Below, in pieces: positions 57,212-64,000 of a stretch of 64,000 nt of DNA. The notes below the pieces were generated by a model, which saw only the letters and a list, made by a program, of their open reading frames with translations, had not been told where the DNA came from and did not search any database. The DNA comes from Gammaproteobacteria bacterium. Lineage in GTDB: Bacteria > Pseudomonadota > Gammaproteobacteria > SZUA-229. Position 1 is the stretch's first letter, and every line of letters begins with the position of its first letter. The position numbers and the translations under genes are program-made. The stretch covers positions 2,493 to 66,492 of the forward strand of contig JAUVDN010000001.1 of NCBI GenBank assembly GCA_030595325.1, in the 5' to 3' direction.

Positions 57212-59314
57212 TTATACATTAACAAAACGGTCGGCTTTTCCCAACCAGCGACGCACGATGGGCTCAACCGCTTTCGGGTGCTGACTTATAATATATAAGG
57301 CTGTTTTTTTAACCTCATCAAACCACAACTCATCACGTACTATATCAGCAATTCGTAATTGCATTAAACCCGTCTGTTTCGTTCCTAAAACTTCACCGGG
57401 GCCACGCAGTTCAAGATCTTTTTCCGCCACCTTAAAACCGTCATTAGTCTCTCTCAATATGCTCATACGCTGCTTTCCCTGCTCAGAGAGTGGCGCTTGA
57501 TACATCAGCACACAGGCGCTCTGCTTAGCACCACGACCCACCCGGCCTCTTAGCTGATGCAGTTGCGCCAGGCCAAGACGTTCTGCATTTTCTATTACCA
57601 TCAAGGAAGCGTTCGGCACATCAACGCCAACTTCGATAACAGTCGTTGCGACCAGTAAATCAATTTCATCATTTTTAAATTTATTAATGATGGCCCGCTT
57701 ATCCAGCGGCTTCATCCGGCCATGAATTAATCCAACTCTGGCATTACTCAGTTCAGCGGTTAGCTGCTCGGCCGCTGTTTCTGCCGCCTGGCATTGCAAC
57801 ACGTCAGACTCTTCCACCAGTGTACACACCCAATATGCCTGCTCGCCATTCTCGCATGCCTTTTTTATCCGTTGAATCACCTCTTCACGGCGTGAAGTAG
57901 AAACGACTACTGTGGTTACCGGTTTACGGCCTTTAGGTAGCTCATCGATAACCGAGTAATCGAGATCCGCGTATGCCGTCATCGCCAGGCTTCTCGGGAT
58001 GGGTGTTGCTGTCATTATCAGCTGGTGAGGAACGATGTTACCTCCCTTGCCATCCTTGCGGCCTTTTTCACGCAGAGCTAACCGCTGGTGCACACCGAAA
58101 CGGTGCTGTTCATCTACAATCAATAATGAAAGGTCCTTAAAAATAACATCATCCTGAAACAATGCATGTGTGCCAATAATTATCTGGCGAGCACCGCTTA
58201 CAATCTGCTCTAGCTTCTGCTGCCGCTTTTTACCCTTGTCTTTCCCGGTAAGAAATAAACAGGAATCATCATCAAACCATTGTTTGAAATTCACATAATG
58301 CTGCTCTGCAAGAATTTCCGTAGGCGCCATAATAGCTATCTGGTAGCCCGAAATCTTAGCCGCCATCGTGGCTGCAGCCGCAACCACGGTTTTTCCTGAA
58401 CCCACATCGCCCTGAACAAGACGCAACATCGGGCTATCTTTATTTATATCAGAAAAAATTTCCGCAATCACTCTTTCTTGCGCCATGGTCAGTTGAAAAG
58501 ACAATTTATCAATAAAGACTGAATAGTCTTCTTTTTTGACCGGTAATTTATTCGACGTCGTCTGCTTAATCTTATTACGCGCTTGTAACAGACTAAGCTG
58601 ATGCGCAAGCAGTTCTTCAAACAGTAATCGTTGCTGCGCTTTTGTAGCGCACGCATTTAATGCCGAAACATTCTCATTTTTGTGCGGCCGATGAACATTA
58701 GATAATGCAGTAACCAGATCAGGAAATTGATGCTTAGTCATCACCTGATCAGGCAACCAGTCGACCAGATGCCCCTGATTGATTTTAGCCAGGACCTGCG
58801 ATGAAATTTTCTTTAGCAGCGTCTGATGAACCCCTTCAGTTTTAGGGTATACCGGCGTTAGCGACTGCTCAACACTCTCACCACCTTGCTGGACAAGCTT
58901 ATACTCAGGATGAACAATCTCCAATCGACTTGCGCCTCGCCTTGCTTCACCAAAGCAGCGTAGCCGGGCACCATTTGATAAATTGTTTTGCTGCGCTTTA
59001 TTAAAATGAAAAAATCGTAAGACTATGGCGCCAGTATTATCTGAGAAATGACATAACAGACTACGTCGGCCACGACCGCCAAATTTTATCTCGCAATGAT
59101 TGATTACACCTTCAATTAACGCTTGCTGACCAGGCTGTAGCGAACCTATCGGTGTTAAGTTGGTCCTGTCTTCATAACGCATGGGCAGATGAAATAAAAC
59201 ATCCTGGACATTGTAGATCTCCAGACGTTTTAACTTTTCCGCGACAGCCTGCCCCACACCTTTTAGCGTCTGTACAGATTGATACTCAAAATTTTCAAGC
59301 CTTTCATCTTCCAT
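57212..59314 (-). CDS. recG: ATP-dependent DNA helicase RecG
   Basis: 700 aa with Walker A GDVGSGKT, DEQH box VDEQHRFG, and a wedge domain at the N-terminus. Confidence 0.95.
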   Translation of the reverse strand: MEDERLENFEYQSVQTLKGVGQAVAEKLKRLEIYNVQDVLFHLPMRYEDRTNLTPIGSLQPGQQALIEGVINHCEIKFGGRGRRSLLCHFSDNTGAIVLRFFHFNKAQQNNLSNGARLRCFGEARRGASRLEIVHPEYKLVQQGGESVEQSLTPVYPKTEGVHQTLLKKISSQVLAKINQGHLVDWLPDQVMTKHQFPDLVTALSNVHRPHKNENVSALNACATKAQQRLLFEELLAHQLSLLQARNKIKQTTSNKLPVKKEDYSVFIDKLSFQLTMAQERVIAEIFSDINKDSPMLRLVQGDVGSGKTVVAAAATMAAKISGYQIAIMAPTEILAEQHYVNFKQWFDDDSCLFLTGKDKGKKRQQKLEQIVSGARQIIIGTHALFQDDVIFKDLSLLIVDEQHRFGVHQRLALREKGRKDGKGGNIVPHQLIMTATPIPRSLAMTAYADLDYSVIDELPKGRKPVTTVVVSTSRREEVIQRIKKACENGEQAYWVCTLVEESDVLQCQAAETAAEQLTAELSNARVGLIHGRMKPLDKRAIINKFKNDEIDLLVATTVIEVGVDVPNASLMVIENAERLGLAQLHQLRGRVGRGAKQSACVLMYQAPLSEQGKQRMSILRETNDGFKVAEKDLELRGPGEVLGTKQTGLMQLRIADIVRDELWFDEVKKTALYIISQHPKAVEPIVRRWLGKADRFVNV

Positions 59315-59327
59315 TGATATGCGATGC

Positions 59328-59708
59328 TTAGAGTTCTATCACGCCATCCATTTCGACACCGGCGTCTTTAGGCAGAGCAGACACACCGATTGCTGCTCGT
59401 GCCGGATAAGGCTGTTGAAAATACTCTGCCATTACTTCATTAACGTGAGGAAAGTTTGACAGGTCCGTAAGGAATACATTCAACTTGACGATATCGGAAA
59501 GATTACCACCCGCGGCATTCGCCACTGCTTGCAAATTCTGAAATACACGATGAATCTGTTGCTTGATATCACCATCAACCATTTCCATCGTTTCAGGTAT
59601 CAATGGTATTTGCCCTGACAGGTACACGGTTGTTCCAACTTTTACCGCTTGAGAATAAGTGCCGATTGCTTGTGGCGCTTTATCAGTGGAAATTATTTCT
59701 TTTGTCAT
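59328..59708 (-). CDS. ridA: RidA/YjgF family reactive intermediate deaminase
   Basis: 126 aa with AIGTYSQA and [10 protein letters not shown] motifs. Confidence 0.9.
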   Translation of the reverse strand: MTKEIISTDKAPQAIGTYSQAVKVGTTVYLSGQIPLIPETMEMVDGDIKQQIHRVFQNLQAVANAAGGNLSDIVKLNVFLTDLSNFPHVNEVMAEYFQQPYPARAAIGVSALPKDAGVEMDGVIEL

Positions 59709-59767
59709 TTTAATCTCTATTTTTATTCGTATTTATTTATTCACTAGCAGCCTTAACTACAGCCTCG

Positions 59768-61936
59768 CTACATACGTATGATACGCATGACGCTAGGCAC
59801 TCGGCGAAGCCGTCGCATAATCTTCGCCAGATGATTACGATCCGTTACTTTGATCAGGTACAACAAATTCATTGAAAAACCATCACGATCTTCCATTTCA
59901 ACATTTTCGATATCACCCTCACAATCTGAAATAATAGTTGCTGTTCTTGCCAGCAGTCCCGATTTATTTTCTATTTCAAGCTTAATCTCACAGTTAAATT
60001 CACCGCTGGCATCTTCTGCCCAATGCACTTCGATGTATTTATCAGAACGTTTACTTTCAGCAGCCAGATTTTTACAACCGTCACGATGCACAACAATACC
60101 GCGGCCTTTACTTAATTTTGCAACAATCTGATCACCCGGAATTGGATGGCAACAACGACCATAAGAAACCACCATGCCTTCCGTACCACTGATAGCAAGA
60201 GCAGACTGCGACTTCATCTCCTTGGTCTCTTCCGATTCCCCATCGGCAATACGCTCTGGCACCAATCGCCTTACGACTAAACTTGGCGGGCGATTACCCA
60301 GACCAACATCTTCCAGCAACTCATCAATAGCATTAAAGCCATATTCCTGAATTGCTATTTGAAGGTCATCTTTATTGATGTCATCAAGCCTCATACCTAA
60401 CGGCTTCAAACATCGCTCTAACAAACGGCGCCCCTGAGACATTGCCTCATCAGATTGCATGTTTTTAAGGTAGTTACGAATATTGCTTCTAGCTTTTGCT
60501 GTCACTACATAATTCAACCAGGCAGCATTAGGGCGCGAACTCGGCGATGTTACAATTTCTACTGTTTGCCCACTATACAAAGGCGTGTTCAACGGCGCAA
60601 AACTGTGATCAAGCTTTGCCGCCACGCAATGATTGCCAATATCGGTATGAACAGCATAGGCAAAATCGACAGGCGTCGCATTTCGTGGCAACTTCATAAT
60701 GTCACCATCAGGCGTATAAACATAAACCTCATCATGAAACAAATCGACTTTAACATTTTCCAGAAATTCTAATGAATCACCCGCTGACTGCTGCATTTCC
60801 AATATACCGGTTAACCAGTCGCGCGCTCTAGCATGCGCAACAATCTCACCTTTCTCATCGGGTGATTTATACAACCAATGTGCAGCAATTCCGCTTTCTG
60901 CAAACTTGTCCATCTCTTCTGTTCGTATCTGCACTTCCATCGGAATTCCGTGTGGACCGTACAATGCCGTGTGCAATGACTGATAACCATTACTCTTAGG
61001 GATAGCGATATAATCTTTGAACCGGCCGGGGATAGGTTTAAACAGATTATGCACAATACCCAGCACACGATAACAGTCATCAACTGAATCGACTAAAACT
61101 CGAAGCGCATAAACATCAAGCACTTTACTAAACGGAAGACCTTTGTCTTTCATCTTGTTGTAGACGCTAAACAGATGTTTTTTTCGTGAAACAATCTGAG
61201 AGTCTATCGACATCTCAACCAGCCTTGACCCCAGTGCCTGATTAATCTTATCGATTAATTCTTTTCGGTGACCACCGGTTTTATCAACCGCATGCTCAAG
61301 CACACGGTAACGCATAGGATGCATAGCTTTAAAGACCAGGTTCTCCAGCTCATGCCGGATGATATAAATACCTAAACGATTAGCAATCGGGATATATATA
61401 TCTAGCGTTTCCTGCGCGATACGACGGCGCTTTTCTGGCCTTAGTGCGCCGAGTGTGCGCATATTATGCAGACGGTCTGCCAGCTTAATCATGATGACGC
61501 GGATATCTTTTGCCATCGCCAGCAGAACTTTTTGAATATTTTCTGCCTGCTGCTCTATTTTGTTTTTAAATTTGATGTGCGTTAATTTACTAACACCATC
61601 AACAAGGTGCGCAACATCTTTACCAAATTCACGTTCGATTAACTTTCTTGTTGCGGGCGTATCTTCCAGAACATCATGCAGGATTGACGCGATGATGCTT
61701 TTAACATCCATATGCATCTGTGCAAGAATTCTTGCCACAGCAATAGGATGATAAATATAGGGTTCGCCTGAAACACGATGTTGCCCTTCGTGTGCCTGCG
61801 CACCAAAAAGATAGGCGTTATAGACTTCTTTGACTTGCTCCTGATCCATGTATTGCGAAATCAGATCGCAAAGATCAGAGATTAAAAAGCGTTCTTCTGT
61901 TTCCGCCTCATCAGTATGGGGGATGATTTTGTTCAT
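59768..61936 (-). CDS. spoT: Bifunctional (p)ppGpp synthetase/hydrolase
   Basis: HD domain (HDVLEDT), RelA/SpoT synthetase domain, and TGS and ACT regions. The start is set at MNKII (61936). The longer ORF to 62008 merely reads through a 12-bp tandem repeat (MYKQSYKQSYK). Confidence 0.92.
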   Translation of the reverse strand: MNKIIPHTDEAETEERFLISDLCDLISQYMDQEQVKEVYNAYLFGAQAHEGQHRVSGEPYIYHPIAVARILAQMHMDVKSIIASILHDVLEDTPATRKLIEREFGKDVAHLVDGVSKLTHIKFKNKIEQQAENIQKVLLAMAKDIRVIMIKLADRLHNMRTLGALRPEKRRRIAQETLDIYIPIANRLGIYIIRHELENLVFKAMHPMRYRVLEHAVDKTGGHRKELIDKINQALGSRLVEMSIDSQIVSRKKHLFSVYNKMKDKGLPFSKVLDVYALRVLVDSVDDCYRVLGIVHNLFKPIPGRFKDYIAIPKSNGYQSLHTALYGPHGIPMEVQIRTEEMDKFAESGIAAHWLYKSPDEKGEIVAHARARDWLTGILEMQQSAGDSLEFLENVKVDLFHDEVYVYTPDGDIMKLPRNATPVDFAYAVHTDIGNHCVAAKLDHSFAPLNTPLYSGQTVEIVTSPSSRPNAAWLNYVVTAKARSNIRNYLKNMQSDEAMSQGRRLLERCLKPLGMRLDDINKDDLQIAIQEYGFNAIDELLEDVGLGNRPPSLVVRRLVPERIADGESEETKEMKSQSALAISGTEGMVVSYGRCCHPIPGDQIVAKLSKGRGIVVHRDGCKNLAAESKRSDKYIEVHWAEDASGEFNCEIKLEIENKSGLLARTATIISDCEGDIENVEMEDRDGFSMNLLYLIKVTDRNHLAKIMRRLRRVPSVMRIIRM

Positions 61937-61964
61937 GACTTCACACAAACATCGCTGTCGATGC

Positions 61965-62018
61965 TTATACCATCGTTTATACGATTGTTTATACGATTGC
62001 TTATACAAACATTTATAC
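61965..62018 (-). repeat. Five GTATAA hexamers (minus strand) phased exactly every 12 bp upstream of spoT
   Basis: On the plus strand, TTATAC occurs at 61965, 61977, 61989, 62001 and 62013. Confidence 0.8.
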
Positions 62019-62044
62019 GAACGCCAAAAATAATGGGCGCATCA

Positions 62045-62083
62045 AACACATGTGAAATGTATTTGATGCGCCCAGTACCGCGA
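62045..62083 (-). terminator. Rho-independent terminator downstream of rpoZ
   Basis: Perfect 12-bp stem GGGCGCATCAAA / TTTGATGCGCCC with a 15-nt loop. On the minus strand it is followed by ATTATTTTTGG. Confidence 0.7.
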
Positions 62084-62119
62084 CCTGAGTCGCGTCCTGT
62101 GTCGCGTGCAGAAAACAGC

Positions 62120-62452
62120 TTAAGTGTTTCCCTTATCACCAGCCGCGCCACTAGTCGTGCCACTTGCTGTAAGACTAGCTTTAAGACTTTCTTCAAGCTC
62201 TACAGACAAATCACCTTCAATCATGGCTTCGATATCTTCCATCGGTGTTTCTTCTGGTGCTTCAAGAATTGCTTTATTAATCAGATTTTCTGCAATTTCA
62301 CGCAGAGCCAATACTGTTGGCTTGTCATTGTCTTCAGGTACTAAAGCTTCTGCACCCATGGCTAATTGACGTGCGCGCTGCGCAGCAATAAGCACCAATT
62401 CAAATCTGTTTTCTACGTTGTCCAGGCAATCTTCAACGGTTAGACGTGCCAT
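62120..62452 (-). CDS. rpoZ: DNA-directed RNA polymerase subunit omega
   Basis: The N-terminus [30 protein letters not shown] is the conserved RpoZ motif. Carries a Ser/Thr/Gly-rich C-terminal extension. Confidence 0.93.
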   Translation of the reverse strand: MARLTVEDCLDNVENRFELVLIAAQRARQLAMGAEALVPEDNDKPTVLALREIAENLINKAILEAPEETPMEDIEAMIEGDLSVELEESLKASLTASGTTSGAAGDKGNT

Positions 62453-62479
62453 ATAATTTCTCCAAACTACTCTAAAAAG

Positions 62480-63106
<627 letters not shown>

Positions 63107-63159
63107 TCAATCCTTCTTTTATCTATATAACAGTTTATATGCATGCAACACGTATTGTA

Positions 63160-64000
63160 TCAATGACTACGGTGAACTGATAGTCGCGCTATATTCTCTA
63201 ACATTGTTCTATTGTCTGACTCAGGGAGATGCGCAAGTTCTGCTATGGCTAATTCTGCTTGCTGTTGCGCCATCTCTTCAGTGTACTGCAATGCACCGGT
63301 CTGCTGGATAATCGCCTGCACTTCATCGATTTTGTCGTAGCCGCCTTTTTCAATAGCCGATGTTATCAACATTACCTGCTCAGGCGTGCCTTGCTGCAGA
63401 GCATAGATCAACGGCAAGGTAGGTTTACCCTCAGCCAGGTCATCGCCCACATTTTTGCCCATTTCTTCACTGTTTGAACTGTAATCCATAACATCATCAA
63501 TCAGCTGGAAAGCAGTACCTAAATAACGGCCATAAGCTGCCATTGCCTGTATTTCTTCATCACTGCGCTGACACAAAACAGCGCCGAGCTGAGTCGCCGC
63601 TTCAAATAGCTTCGCCGTCTTACAATAAATAACTTCCAGATACTTTTGCTCTGTGGTTTTAGCATCATGCACATTCATTAACTGCATCACTTCGCCTTCA
63701 GCGATGATATTGGTCGTGGTCGCTAAAATCTTCATGACCCGCATATCATCAACATCTACCATCATTTCAAAAGCACGCGAGTATAAAAAGTCACCGACCA
63801 GCACGCTGGCGGCATTACCAAACAGAGCGTTGGCCGTCTCATTACCACGGCGCAGGTCAGACTCATCAACCACATCATCGTGCAACAGCGTCGCGGTATG
63901 AATAAACTCGATGATCGCTGCCAGCAGATGATGCATATCACCTTGATAACCAAAGGATTTTGCCGACAACAGCACCAATAACGGCCGTAAACGCTTACCG
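63160..64000 (-). CDS. ispB: Octaprenyl-diphosphate synthase, C-terminal part; 5' end lies outside the window
   Basis: The frame stays open to the window edge (GKRLRPLLVLLSA...). First and second Asp-rich motifs LHDDVVDESDLRRG and LIDDVMDYS are present. Confidence 0.92.
   Translation of the reverse strand, partial: GKRLRPLLVLLSAKSFGYQGDMHHLLAAIIEFIHTATLLHDDVVDESDLRRGNETANALFGNAASVLVGDFLYSRAFEMMVDVDDMRVMKILATTTNIIAEGEVMQLMNVHDAKTTEQKYLEVIYCKTAKLFEAATQLGAVLCQRSDEEIQAMAAYGRYLGTAFQLIDDVMDYSSNSEEMGKNVGDDLAEGKPTLPLIYALQQGTPEQVMLITSAIEKGGYDKIDEVQAIIQQTGALQYTEEMAQQQAELAIAELAHLPESDNRTMLENIARLSVHRSH

Noticed and set aside
61937-62008. N-terminal extension of the spoT ORF (MYKQSYKQSYKRWYKHRQRCLCEV).
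   Set aside because: It is encoded by the 12-bp tandem repeat array and has no counterpart in SpoT/RelA proteins. The alignment-consistent start is MNKII at 61936.
61965-62018. Short regularly spaced repeats here, at 714-769 and at 42181-42296, considered as possible CRISPR arrays.
   Set aside because: The units are 12-14 bp with no unique spacers of CRISPR size. No cas genes are nearby and there are too few units. They are simple tandem or inverted repeats.

Overview
This is a chromosomal segment from an AT-rich (about 40% GC by eye) gammaproteobacterium. All calls rest on reading the supplied ORF translations and the DNA by eye; no searches were run.

Most of the window is conserved housekeeping:
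- purM-purN, and the yhdP-rng-maf-rlmH-rsfS-nadD-proA block
- aroC, prmB and psd
- epmA-efp-epmB, and parE-parC
- rmuC, ppiA and ubiC
- recG-ridA-spoT-rpoZ-gmk-ispB

I saw no rRNA, tRNA, CRISPR array, transposase, integrase or phage gene.

The stand-out region is an 11-gene, co-directional minus-strand cluster at 19194-32179. In transcription order it encodes:
1. A periplasmic adaptor with a Met-rich insert.
2. An oversized RND pump carrying an extra hydrophobic segment and a 116-aa Pro/Ala/Lys tail.
3. Two secreted Pro/Met/Asn/Tyr/Gln-rich low-complexity proteins.
4. A small secreted Gly/Asn/Trp/Tyr-rich protein resembling sulfur-globule envelope proteins (Sgp), with its own strong terminator.
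5. A secreted protein of unknown function.
6. An orphan ParA-like ATPase.
7. A membrane-anchored TPR-like protein.
8. A membrane-anchored DUF302 protein.
9. A bitopic protein with a Lys/Ala-rich N-terminus and Met-heptad repeats.
10. A membrane-anchored dynamin-like GTPase.

I propose this as a candidate, undescribed envelope-inclusion assembly and positioning system, possibly for sulfur globules. This is inference only.

Other notable items:
- A family of three long (about 0.4-0.6 kb), hairpin-dense mosaic intergenic repeats with about 35-bp terminal inverted repeats. Two of them bracket parE-parC in inverted orientation.
- A FimX-like degenerate REC-PAS-GGDEF-EAL protein next to a large PilZ-like protein.
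- A sigma70-like promoter with a perfect 14-bp palindrome in front of a tusA-tetR pair.
- Phased short tandem repeats in the purM/purN and rpoZ/spoT spacers.
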